DNA from: Ophelia neglecta
Taxonomy: Eukaryota
Assembly: GCA_965285935.1 (NCBI GenBank)
Contig: OZ260665.1
Span: 84,010,001 to 84,074,000 of the forward strand
Direction of reading: 5' to 3'
Length of the DNA stretch: 64,000 nucleotides
The notes beneath the pieces were generated by a model that was not told the origin of the DNA, did no database searches, and worked only from the letters and a program-made list of their open reading frames with translations. A program made the position numbers and the translations under genes. Positions 11,442 to 23,871 of this stretch are shown here, in pieces. Each line of letters opens with the position of its first letter. The first letter of the stretch is position 1.

Positions 11442-12988
11442 TAGCAACCTATAAGGTCAAAAATGGTAGAAGGATTAATTTATTTAGCTTTGCAGCCAAT
11501 GAATATATTTGTAATTTTAGATTTTTTAATAATGCTTGAGTTTGTGAGATCACAGGCTGCGAATAGTGTCTTTTGCATGAGACCATTTACCGTTGGTGCT
11601 GTGTCGCGCAAGGCACAAGAAAGACAAGGCGACCAAATCCCCTCAGAACAAAAGTAATCTTAACTAAGTGGGCACCTTGAGAGGAAGTGGCCACACCTTA
11701 CAGATGCTAGTGTTGGCGTGAACACAAGCAGGCTTCTCCTTATACATACAAACATACTAAAATATACACTATTTTATACCACTGAGAGAAAGTTAACAGG
11801 GTAAATTCCCTTGCATCCCAGCAAAGAGAGAATTGACTTTTAACCTGCTTTAAGTCACCTCCTTTCCCCGAATATATAATTACAGCCAAAGCACCTGTAC
11901 CATTCTTGTTTAAAACCTTTAAAACGTTGGATAAACACAGTACACAGACCTTGTACTACTAAGACAAGTTCTGTGTATTACACGGTTCAAGTTAATTTGT
12001 GGCGACTTGTCTAGCACCGACGTGACTAAAATGCAGACTTGCAGACCTGCAGACTTGCGGATACTAAGTCAACGCAACTCATTTGGCTATACGGTCGATC
12101 AACGAAAAACAATAATTTTAAATATAAAAATAAATGTTCTATGTGGCGAAATAGACGCCGATCATTGATATTTAAAGCTTACTTTCTGTGCCATTTGTTC
12201 GGAGTAGTGGGCTACCGACAACAAAAAAACGGTGAAAGTAGACAGCCAGTGTGTACACAACTAGTAGTACGATATGATACAGTTTGTACTACTCAAGAGC
12301 ATAGATTGTGAGGAATGTGAACAGGTGAAGGGACGAGGGGCCGTGTGAGGGATGTGAAGGGGCGAGGGGCCGGGGGTTGGGGCAGGCCATGGTTGAGGCA
12401 AGGAAGGGAGGGAGGGGTGGGGGGGGGGGGGGGTGGTTGGGTTGTGGGGTTGTGGGGAGGGGTATGACTAACTATTGTGAGCACTAGTCAATCGGCTTCA
12501 CAATCAATGGGAAAATACCAGGAAAGATTTCTAGCAAAGATTCCCCATTAATAAAAATATTTAGTTCATAGCCATTGCTGAAATTGCTCAAAGTGGCAGG
12601 AGATAGGATGATGCTCACATGTTTGAACCACCGTCGTCCTAAGTCTAGAATGTGCTAGGATGATGCATACACAATTCAGTCACGGACATCATAAGACTGT
12701 GGTAAATGTGAAACGTATAGGTTCAGCAATTCTTACAAGTACACGACTTGGAATGCTACCAATTGAATGCTGAATCCAGGCAAAAACAAATTATTAGTTT
12801 TTGCTAAGAGAAGCAACCTATAAAGTAAAAATGGTAGAAGTATTAATTTATTTAGCTTTACCGCCGACAAATATATTCATGATTTTAGATTTTTGAATAA
12901 TGCTGAGAGTTTTCAAGATCACAATATCTTGTCTTTTGCATAGGACCATAATCCTTTGGTGCTGTGTCGCGCATGGCACAAGAAAGAC
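11442..12988 (+). repeat. Diverged ~185-bp direct repeat pair (11442-11626 and 12812-12988)
   Basis: Both copies read agcaacctataa..aaaaatggtagaag.attaatttatttagcttt...ggtgctgtgtcgcgca.ggcacaagaaagac. Confidence 0.85.
12000..12300 (-). promoter_or_regulatory. Candidate promoter and first exon of zinc-finger gene A
   Basis: Local CpG enrichment, minus-strand donor AAA|GTAAGC at 12183, YY1-like ACAAATGGC, and an adjacent G-rich tract at 12320-12465. Confidence 0.4.
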
Positions 12989-13582
12989 GATGAGGGAGGA
13001 GGAGGGGGGGGGGGGTTTGTTTTGGGGAGGGGACTGGCAAACAATTGTGACACCATCAAATGTGGATCACTAAATGTTGACACTCTCTCCCAGAAAAGCC
13101 TATAATGTGGAATAAACAAATAAAAAGCATGCCCCTTCACCCTAGGAAAAATAAAGAAGATCCCTTTAAGCTCTTTATCTCATTTCGTGCAGTTAAGTCC
13201 CAAAGTGTTAGGCATGGCAGTTTTTAATATTTAAACATTTGAAGCACAGCCTCTGTTAGGAAGTGGGGCGGGGGTTGTACAATGCTGACTATTTCACCTA
13301 TCCTGTTACAGGTACCTGTTGGACTGATGGTATGTAGGGCATATATTTTGTGCAAACAACATTAACTTGTTACATTCTTACCCAATTAAAGACTATTCTG
13401 CTAATTATGATTTTTTTATGACAAACACTTGCAAATCTGGAATGAAAGGATATTTCTTCCTAGACTTTCTGATGCCAGAGTTGAAAGATAGACCATTCCA
13501 CATATCTACAACCTGAATATTTCTTATCAATTTATATCTTAAACCTTTATGAAAAAGGAAAAGTAATGACCACAAGGTTGGG

Positions 13583-13911
13583 TTGTTGTTGTTGTTGTTT
13601 GGGGTTTTACGTGGCTTTCAACACTTATATGGTCATATCACCACAGTGCCTACTTGTGACAGTGGGCTCAATGCCCTCTTTAGAGTGCTGCCTCACTGGA
13701 GTACCTGCCGTAGACATCAGACAGGGAACCCCACCCAGTCACATTATACTGACACCGGGTTGACCAGTCCTGATACTACCCCCGACATACCGGGTGCCTG
13801 GCAGGGGAGCTATCAGTACCTATTTTTACGTCTTGGGTGTGGCGATTGGGTTTGAAGCCGGATCTCCCACTTGCACGGCGGATGCCCTAACCACTCTGCC
13901 ACGCTTTGGTG
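13583..13911 (-). mobile_element. Full-length tRNA-derived SINE with 13-bp TSD
   Basis: TSD ccacaaggttggg at 13570-13582 and 13912-13924, (AAC)n tail, same core as the 5450 copy. Confidence 0.95.
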
Positions 13912-15599
13912 CCACAAGGTTGGGGATTATTGTGAATGATTACTTTTGTGAAGGGCATGAAGAAAGCCCCCTCCCAATCCCCCAATGTGCCTGAAGGACA
14001 AAATACTAGAAGTAGTAAACAAATTGTTTTCTCTAACATTTAGATCTTATTTATGTTACAGAAAGCCTACATTTTTTATTTTAAGAACTTTAAATGATTT
14101 TTCTATTCTGAAATACCCATTTCAACAAAGCACTTAACATCCTTTTGAAATATCTTGAATATTTTTAGATTTAATCTTGTAGTTCCAGGTTATGGAATGT
14201 GATAATTTATTTCTCTCCAAAAAGGAGCGGAGGGGAGAGGGGCAGGGAGATTTTACTCTTTGTTAATACGATAGTAGCATAAAACCAATATATTTTTGCT
14301 GCAACAAATACACATGGTTTGGCAACATTTTGAAACATTCATTGTAAATATTTGATTCCTGATTCCGTTAAAATAATTAATGTTCACAAAAATTCAACAT
14401 CCAAATTTTTGGCCATATATTGGCCAAACCTTTGCTGTACCCCCATAAAAATAACATATTAAACGTTAAGAGATAGCTGCCTAATATATTATAAACATCC
14501 AGGGGTGTGGGGGGGGGGGAGGGGCGACAAATTATGAACTAACATTGTGGCAACATTTTACCCGCCCTATGCCTTGCGATAAGGGGAGTGGGGAATTCTG
14601 GGAATTGGTTATGTTTATCACAATGCATGGGAAGATCCCACAGCAAAACTTTTTTGACTCCCCCGCCCCCCCTCCCCCATCGAGAGGGGCAAAAAATAGG
14701 TCCAGTTGGATTTAACATCACCAAGCCTAGTTCATTTTCTAATCTAGCAGTGGACAGCACTGCATGACCAGCATTAGTAGGGCTAGCGCTGTATTTTTAG
14801 GGCGGACATGGTCCTGGTGGTTATGTCATGAAGACATCAGAGCAAAATTAAAAAAATGTCATATTTGGAAAGCTCTTTTATACATTAATCATCACTGCAC
14901 TTTGGTTCCAGTCACTTTAACAGGTACAAAGAAAATGCCATGCCAGGTAAAGAAATTCCCAAGGTTAAACATCCATACCCAGTTGGTAGTGGTCCTTCCA
15001 ATCTCTTGTTGACTGCTGTTTCGGAATCAGTCTTTAAGGTGAGAAATGTGGCTGATGGTTAGTAGTATGCAGTATCTCCAGCTACTGATTGATTAGTATT
15101 GATTTTGGTTATTATTTTGAATTCTTAGGAAAGACTGACTAACTTATGAGTTCTTTAATCCATTTATTTTCTATCATATTCTGGACATTATTGAAAACTT
15201 CCATCCAAAGGGACCCATTAAGGTTGTGCTGTGTTTACAGTTTAGTATATACATAGGCTTGGTGTCAATAAACATATTTTCAATTGAAACTGATATGAAC
15301 AAATTTTGAATTGAATTTATAACCATAAGAATATCTCTTGAACAATGTCAAAAGATGCTGGACAATCCTCTAAATATAAATGTGTATAAATTAAATAAAT
15401 AAATTGCCCCTATATCAAGGGCACATATTTCCAGTTATTCGTATCTCAAGGGTACCATCGCTAATATTTTGACGTCACGGAAATTTACATTTAGAGATCC
15501 CTTTTCTAATATTTCATGGGTTCATCTTCCAATTCTTTGATGTCACAGAGAATTACATTCCGTGTGTGTGCGCACATATCTGGCAACTCTACACTTTTT

Positions 15600-17348
15600 T
15601 TAATCCTTCTGCGCCTGTTCTTCACTATTTAAATCCTTCTGTGTCTGCTCTTCACAACGTGAGTGCACATGTTTAACCACTTTAGGCCTTTTTTTAACTT
15701 TCTGTGGTTGCACTCCAGTGTCTGTATGCACATGTTTGGTAACCCTACATTTTCCAGTAATTCCCTTGCCCCACGATGAACACTTGTTTGGTTTGGTGTG
15801 GTCGAGGGGGTGATCTTTAAGATTATATTCCAGTTTAGGAAATGTTGTAGCTACTGGGTCAACACTTTGGTCCACAATGGGTACTGCTCCATTTTTGAAT
15901 GCTTTATTACACATTTTATTAAGATTCAATATCTCTTTCCGGTGTTGGCGTTGGTGTAAGACTAGGGAACTTGAATGCATAAAATCCCTGTTACACACTG
16001 GGCATGAATATAAATATTGACCTGTGTGTATCCCGGGTAAACGCATGTGCTGCTTGACATGACTGATAGTAGTAAATCTTTTGCCACACACTTCACATTC
16101 ATGTGGTTTTTCACCTGTGTGAGTAAACTTATGGTATTTAAGGCCTTTAGTTGTGCGAAACCTTTTTTCACAAACTTTACATTGGTAAGGCTTATCTTTA
16201 TTTGCCACACAAACACATTGGTGGGCTAAAACTTTCTTTTCACTGATAAATCCTTTGCCACAAACTGAGCAGTTAAATGGCTTTTCTGCATGTGTGAGAC
16301 GGTGGTGATGCTTTAACTTAGGTTCTGAACTGAAGTGTCCGGGGCAGAGTGTGCACTTGAACAGCTTTTCACTCAAATGTGTATTCTTGTGTTGAGTGAA
16401 CCTGATTTTATTGACATATCTTTTTCCACAGACAGAACAAGACAACATGTTTTGTTCATCATGTAACTTTCTGTGCTGTGTGCAGGAGGATGAAGAAGAA
16501 AGCAACAGACCACACACATCACACATATACTGCTTTTTGCTGTTGTGTAAGCGCTGATGTTCTGTCAGCAATCTTGAATATATGAACCTCTTACCACAAA
16601 GACCGCAAATGTGTGGCCTCTCTCCCGCATGAACTTTGTGGTGGTACTGCAAACTTTCCTTTGTGGCTAATCTTTTCCCACAAATTGTACATGGAAATTG
16701 TTTCTCCTCTGCATGAGTTTGCATGTGTCTTTTTTGGTGACTAGACTCTGAGAACCCCTTGCCACACACCATGCACTTGTATGGCTTCTCTCCTGTGTGT
16801 TTTCGCTGATGAATGCCTAAACCTGAACTGGAAACAAAGCCTTTACCACACTCCATACACATGTACGGTTTCTCCTCTTTGTGTGTATTTGTGTGTCTTT
16901 TTAGGTGGCTAGAATTAGCAAACCCTTTGCCGCAGATGGCACATTTGTGAGGTTTGTCCCCTGTATGTATGCGCTGGTGTACTGTTAAATTTGTATTATT
17001 AGCAAACCCCTTACCACAGTATGCACACGAGAATGGTTTCTTCCCTGTGTGAATGTTCATATGAGAATCTAGACTGTTTGTAGAGGAGAATGCCTTATCA
17101 CACATAGTGCACTGGTATCGGGTTGCACCACTGTGCTTTACTCTGTGTTCATTGAAATCCTGCTCTGTGGTAAACTTTTGGCCGCATCCTCGTACTTTGC
17201 ACTTTATAGGACTAGTGTGGACTTTCAGGTGTCTCTGAAGGCTTCTGTTATTATACAACACCTTGCCACAAGTTGGACAAGTATGCTTGTGCTCTGCTTG
17301 TGTCTTAGTCCTAGCAGGTTGAATGGACATTGCTCCAGATATGTTCAT
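15600..17348 (-). CDS. C2H2 zinc-finger gene B (~16 fingers plus degenerate C-terminal fingers), paralog of gene A
   Basis: 582 codons from ATG 17348. Acceptor tattttcAG at 17372-17371, followed by an in-frame TAA before the ATG. Fingers are collinear with gene A. Confidence 0.92.
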   Translation of the reverse strand: MNISGAMSIQPARTKTQAEHKHTCPTCGKVLYNNRSLQRHLKVHTSPIKCKVRGCGQKFTTEQDFNEHRVKHSGATRYQCTMCDKAFSSTNSLDSHMNIHTGKKPFSCAYCGKGFANNTNLTVHQRIHTGDKPHKCAICGKGFANSSHLKRHTNTHKEEKPYMCMECGKGFVSSSGLGIHQRKHTGEKPYKCMVCGKGFSESSHQKRHMQTHAEEKQFPCTICGKRLATKESLQYHHKVHAGERPHICGLCGKRFIYSRLLTEHQRLHNSKKQYMCDVCGLLLSSSSSCTQHRKLHDEQNMLSCSVCGKRYVNKIRFTQHKNTHLSEKLFKCTLCPGHFSSEPKLKHHHRLTHAEKPFNCSVCGKGFISEKKVLAHQCVCVANKDKPYQCKVCEKRFRTTKGLKYHKFTHTGEKPHECEVCGKRFTTISHVKQHMRLPGIHTGQYLYSCPVCNRDFMHSSSLVLHQRQHRKEILNLNKMCNKAFKNGAVPIVDQSVDPVATTFPKLEYNLKDHPLDHTKPNKCSSWGKGITGKCRVTKHVHTDTGVQPQKVKKRPKVVKHVHSRCEEQTQKDLNSEEQAQKD

Positions 17349-18779
17349 TTTTTCCAAGGTTCCTTCTTATCTGAAAATATACATGTTTATTAGTCAGAAT
17401 TAAGAAAGTGTTCAATATGTGTTCAAATACACTGTATACCATCTACTCATTGCGAAAAATGTTAGCTTAACAATGTAATTCTTGAATAATGCAAATAAAA
17501 ATAAGTACACATTGTTGACAAATATATCTGAAGGTGCTTTGTGTGACAACTTTCAATCTGGTCATGTTGGCTATGGAGCTTTCTATTTGACTTACCGGTA
17601 TATGGGGTTGGGAATAAATTAACAAAATGGGGCATTCTATAATACTGTCAGGGGTTAAGGTTAAATTCACAAAATATTGCAGCAGCAGCATAAGTGGGGC
17701 AGTGCTATATGCACTGTGGCATATGTGCGGCAGTGGCATATGTGGGTTGGCGGCCACCTTGGGAAAGAGATTAGACTGTCAGCAAGAGCACAAAATGCAC
17801 ATTGCCGATACATATCAAGATATCCCAGAGCATAATCATATTGTCAGCACAAACAGTGCACTATATTGATGTATCGATGAATGTTTACACCCCTAGGAAC
17901 CATTATGTCTGGGGCAATTTAGTTTGGGACGAGACTAGAAGCTTTCAAGTCAAGTTGTATCTTATACCAACAGGTACCTATCTGCTGACTTTTTCCAAGG
18001 TACTTCGAGTCGGAGTATAAGTGGGACTCGCCTTTTTTGGCTGGGAATAAGTTCCCAGGGGGGGGGGGGGGGGCCTCATAGCTATGAGACATATATAATT
18101 TTAGGTGGTAGTAGGAATGTGGTAGTAGTATTTTCCTTCTTTGTAACTGGTCGTAATTTTCAAGAATGTGCCTTATTTTAGTGAAATGCCTCCCATAGAA
18201 CCGTAGCAAGAAAATCATCTAGCATCACCCTCAAATGATAAATGCACATTAGCCTAATGTCAACATTGATTCCCAGGCACTATCACTTGATTTCAGATGT
18301 ACCATATATTGGCCGAAACAGTTTTCATTGGCTATGTTTGTAAATCAGTTAAGAATGAGTAGCCCCCCCCCCCCCACCCGGGCATTTAGGGACTTCCCCA
18401 CCCCTTTGGAATCCTTCTAGAAACAAAATCCACATTAAAGGATGGCATATAAAGCTGTCTTAAAATTTCACATCATGCAGCACATGCAGCCTGGTTTGGG
18501 CACTGGAAACTGAGAGGGTAAACAATTCTTCCAAACTTTTGATAGCATATCATGAGTATTCCCTGTCATTATATCCAAGCCCCTGAAAGCAGTAGTAAAT
18601 GGGGCACATTTTATCTTTAACGTAGATGTAAATATTCTGTACAGTCTCATATATATCCACATACAGTCCAAGAGGGGAGGCAAAAAATGACAACAAATGA
18701 CAAGTATTTTTACCATATCCAAAAAGTGGCACTGGCTAAGTATGTGATGACCTTTTAAACGCTCTGAAGTGGTAGGAGG

Positions 18780-19320
18780 TACGAAACCTTTAGATCGGCG
18801 CGTGTGTAGTATTCCTGCGATTAGATCAATGTCATAAATCAGTGATTTGCATTACTTATGTGATCCAGTTAAACTTAACACAGCTGACTTTGGAGTACGA
18901 GTAGTGACTCGCTCGGTGTAGCAATGGAAACGGTGAAAGTTTCCTCGACCCGTGCATACAATCATCAATCATCACCGGGACAACATTTTTCAATGTTTTC
19001 AATCCGAATTATGCTTCGCGTTTCCCAATCCAACAATTTGCGACAATTATGACATTTATTCTTCATTTGCTACTGTAATTTGTAAGAACGCCAAGGTAAA
19101 TATGCTATTCTATATTATATTGTGATCATTTAAATAGTTATTTTATCAACACTTGTGGGTGTCTGGGAAAATTAGGCCGAGTTCGAGAGCGAGAAATTCT
19201 AACACACGAACATGGAAATTTCATACCAGATCCGGTCGATACGCCTGCTAAGCTCGTGAGGATAGCTACCGGTACCATAGTAAACATTTAACTTGCCAAG
19301 TTCGCGAGCAGTAACAGGAT
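18780..19320. promoter_or_regulatory. Candidate bidirectional CpG-rich promoter for zinc-finger gene B (-) and the 23057-26310 gene (+)
   Basis: CpG-rich island in AT-rich surroundings. Minus donor AA|GTAATG at 18856 and plus donor AAG|GTAAAT at 19095. Confidence 0.55.
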
Positions 19321-19395
19321 GATCATTTACTATGAAAGGGGTGTGTCAAAGAATTTGTGAAGGGGGGTGGGGAAAACCAAATAAAAATTGATATA

Positions 19396-19573
19396 CAGTG
19401 AAACCTGCATTGAAGACCACCCGTGCATTCCGACCACCTGGCAATTCAGACCATTAATATAAAGATCATAGTGTACTCTTTCAATGTAAAATGACCTGTC
19501 CAAACAGACCACCTCCTTATTCAGACCAGTATTTTCCAGTCCATTGGGTGGTCTTAATTCCAAGGTGTCACTG
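19396..19573 (+). mobile_element. TA-flanked CAGTG MITE
   Basis: ta|cagtgaaacctg...ggtgtcactg|ta. Confidence 0.9.
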
Positions 19574-21499
19574 TACTATACATCACTTTGTGAAGGAAAA
19601 TACAGAATTATTTTTGCACTTAGCACATAAAGTTTATTTATTTTCCTGCCTTGATACTTATTTCCATTGAACTTGGAAGCTTTCCTTGATAGTTAGTATT
19701 AGTACTTCATTTTTTAGACAGAGGTAGCAGTGACCCATTTGATTGACAGGGCATGCTTTTTTCTTGCAAACTTATTTCTTCATGCGCATAATTTAACTAT
19801 GAAATTAAAAAAAAAAACTTACCTTTCAAAAAGCAAAAAGAAGAAAGGAATTGACTTCTAAATAAAAAAAAATTGGTCAGGTGCCTCAGGGCAAACAATT
19901 GCAAAATTTGGGGAGGGGGGGGGGGGGGCACAGACTAATGAAATGCCAAAATCAAATTGACTTCTAGTTATAAAATAAATGGAACCCCACTGAAGTTCTT
20001 AATTTGTGCATTTTTAATATCGTGGTTGTAAAAATAAAAGTGATTGGGTGTTTACAGGCAATATATATTTAATCTGGTAGAGAGGTGGGGCTGTGAAAGA
20101 ATGAGCTAGTATGTCCCTGATTGGGGGATAAAGAATTAGTGTAGACTCTGAGAGGGTGAAGGGGTCATGAAATTTTCACAGACAGTGCATAATTATGGGG
20201 AGCGGGGAGCAGTGGGGGGGGGGGGAGGAGGCAAGCTCTTGGGTTTCAAATAATTGTTTCTTGGAATACTATCACACAGAAGGTGGGGGGTATTCAAGGC
20301 CTAACTCCTATATTAAGGCATAATTCCTATATAAATAAGGGCCATTGTTAATATGTCAGTACATATTTAAAGCTTCCCATTGTAGAATTTTTTTTAAAAG
20401 ACTACCCTTATGATATGAAGGAAAACCCTAAAATACTGCTAATACTCTTTTGCACTAGAGACAGTGCTCCCAGTGCCAATGGTAATTAAGTGCCATCCAC
20501 AGCATTGTTTGTTTTGTAGTGGCTAGAATTTATGAGTGTAACTATCGTCAAATATTATCCATCAAGGGGCACATTAGACCCTTTTGATAGCAAAGATGTT
20601 CAATCATTGGCTGCATGGGACAAACCAGCACTATAACTTAACACTATTTCCCGATTTTTCTGATTTTATAGCTATTATATTTTATGGACACAAGTCCAGT
20701 CATATGTTGACCACTTGGTAATGATATGTTTGACCATTGTATTAAACATATCTGGTGAACTATTTTACATGTTTCATAACACGCTGTGAATCCCAAATGG
20801 TTCAGTTAGCAATAAACACATCTGTAAAGTCATTTCCAGCACTTAAATCAGTCTTTAATTACACAAACCTTGGACAAGGATGACCAATGATTATTTATTT
20901 AACTGTTAAAAATAAGCAAAACTCTGGTTTAAGGTCGTGTAATAGCATATTATAATGACACCTGGACCATACAGTTTGTTTAGATAACAGCCAATCCACG
21001 GTTTTTTGTCCCCTTGGTTTTTCGCTTAAAAAGTGACTCTCAGATTGTGTTTGGGAGCAGTATTCAGCCTTGTAGAAACATAAATTTTTAATTATTTTAA
21101 CTATTGGAATAGCCAATCTTTGTTACCAATCTGCGGATATCACAATTATTGAAATTGGTCAAGAAATAAGAAAATAAAAACTGATTGAATGGACCTACCT
21201 TGAAAGATGGCAATCAGTAACAGAGTAAGTGATTGGTTATAACATTTTGGTGGAAAAGTAAGTGGAAAGATGATGGCAAGACCAAGCGTACAACAGCGTC
21301 ATCCAACATTTTTAGAAGTGTGCTGAGGTTGGTCACATTTATTTTTATTTTTTTTTGCCATTTTTACCAATTGCACCTCTTACTGATCCTTGAAGTTGTG
21401 CATGAGTGTATTTCAATTATGCCTTTTTCCTCTTTTGGTGTTAAAAAAAATTGAAAAATAAGAACTTATGCTTGTTTTGAAGGCTCAGTGCTGGTTGCA

Positions 21500-22081
21500 A
21501 AATCAGACCAGCATTTTCCAGTCCCTTGGGTGGTCTAAAATCACAGGTTTCACTGGAGGTGGTCGGTTTCGACGGGTTTTTTTTGACAGGTGGTCTGATT
21601 ACAGAGGTGGTCTGATTATAGAGGTGGTCTTTAAGGCAGGTTACACTGTAGTTGAATAAAAAAAATTTCCTATATTGAACGATGTACAGTTTTGCTTCAA
21701 CTAGAACTGCAATTGAGTTGGGTCACAGATGCGATTATGCTTCCTCTTCAGTTGTGTACATCTAGCATATTTTTATATATCGACCACACTGACACGATGA
21801 AGGAAATCATATAACAAATCTAGATGTAGATTAATATATGGTGCATCATACCATTGGTATACAACAGGGTTTTTTTTCAGATAAATCAAATCTCTATTAA
21901 CTACAGTGCAACCTGCCTTAAAGACCACTTCTATAATAAGACCTCCTGTAAATTCAGACCATTAATATGAGGACCATGCTGTTTACTTTCAATTGGAAAT
22001 AACCTGTCTAAACATACTACCTATGAAATCAGACCAGTATTTTCCAGTCCCTTTGATGGTCTTAGATCACAGGTTCCACTG
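21500..22081. mobile_element. CAGTG MITE fragments (21500-21648) and a full copy (21904-22081)
   Basis: Same termini and agaccacc repeats as the other copies. Confidence 0.85.
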
Positions 22082-23056
22082 TATTAACTTTCTTTCAGAA
22101 AGCAGACAACTAAGTAAGTAAATTTTGCAAGGCAAAAGAGGGATAGACAACTAACAGTTTACACAATTTACTCATAGGGCTGTTATGCTGATCAGTGGCA
22201 CATGCATCCGCGGTTGCTTGTCCAACAGTTCATTTTTTTTTAAATTCTCAGTTGACATAAATGTTCAGTTTGCTAAACAAAATAAACAAAATAACATCCA
22301 ACATAGTTTTCCAAGTTGGCACAACATTGAATATCGTTCTGATATGATGGATCACCTTTCTCAGTGAGGACGCAGGAGAAAATCTCCAATGGGGACACTA
22401 AAGATGATTAACATTCATATATATAGTTATGTATATTTTCCAAGCGTTGTTGCCTATTCCAAACTTATCCTAGTATTATTTTATATTCTTTGTGAAATAC
22501 ATGTTGCATAGTTTAGTATTATCAGTCACTACTTTTTGATTTCCTTTGGTTGGTAATCAATATTTAAGCAAAAAAATTGGTGATTCCACCTTCTCACTAG
22601 TGAAGAGCCTTAGTCAATTTGTTTCATTTAACCGGTAAGTGTGCCGATTGATCAAAGTGATGGTTGTTGGTCAAGTTGACATGAGACATGTTTTTTCAGT
22701 ATATTCAATTACTTTTGTAAGGATTTGAACTGTTTAGTGATTCTCTTACTGATACTTTATAAGCTGTGAGTAAATGCTCATTGTCTCTTTGTAAGTGAAT
22801 TATTCCTTGATTGAATTTAAATAAAGACTAGATGATGGTAGGCTTGACTGCCGAGAATTTACACATACAATATAATAATGGGAACAATAGTATTGTAAAC
22901 TAGTTTAGTTTTAATAACTGTCAGAAAAATAAATGAAAAAGGCCATGTATAAAATGTTGCTAGTTATGAGCACTTTTCTTTGACTTGCCTGTAAGACTTT
23001 ATTATAAATTTCACTTTTTTTCCTTTCTTTCAGATTCGTATGGTGCAGGTGCCAAG

Positions 23057-23871
23057 ATGGTTTCCTGGAACCGAGAAAGTCACAAAGGACTGAGCTTGTT
23101 GGTGAAAAACTCACTTAGGCTATTAACCAAAAAACACCTCGTGTGCAATTCAAATATTAAAATTGAGGGAGTGATAGCAATCACAGTAGACGATAAGGAT
23201 GTGTTTGTTATTCATATGAATGAAGTTATGCATCCCCAGGATATGTTTCCAGTTGGAAATTGCACCACCAAATCTTCAAGACGTAAAAGACAGAAGTGCT
23301 ACTCTATCAAAACCTTGAATTGTGAAACTGGAGTAAAAAAAGCCAGAGATGTTAAAAGGAAAGAACCACAAAACAGCATTACTCCAGAATCAACAGAGGC
23401 AGGCTCTACTGAGCTTAATGGTGCATGCTCCGCTGACACCAGTAGTATGGTGGTACTCCAGGTATTACCGGACACTGGACCCACAGACACAAAGCCAACT
23501 CCGCTCATTCAAATAGATCCTGGCATACAACTAAAAAAACAAACATGTGAACCTAGCTTGGGGCCTTATAACGGAGAGCTGAACTATGTAATAAGCAATA
23601 TTCCTTTCCAGAAAGAAGTTGATGAAGAGCACTCTTATGCATTTAAGAGTTCTACTGAGAATGAGATCTTATCAGGAACTGAAACTGACATTTCTTTGCC
23701 CCAGCCCATAACCCTCATCCCTAATGTGACAGTTTTGTCGACAGAAGGTTCATATCCAGATAATACACCATCTACTTTGGAACAACATCCTGCAAAACAA
23801 CTATCGGCATCGGCAATCAGGGGAATCAAGTTTAGACAGAAATGGAAAGAAAGCCCTGAACTCTATAAGCT
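23057..23871 (+). CDS. Coding exon 1 of a 368-aa putative nuclear protein with an unnamed N-terminal domain
   Basis: Acceptor ttttcctttctttcAG ends at 23033. gccaagATGG has a good Kozak context at 23057. Donor CT|GTAAGT is phase 2. The N-terminus reads LLVKNSLRLLTKKHL..NIKIEGVIAITVDDKDVFVIHMNE. Confidence 0.8.

Noticed and set aside
13566-13994. Short ORFs with similar peptides at 5427, 13566, 42953, 46297, 48150-48715 and 50785
   Set aside because: They are translations of SINE copies, not a gene family.
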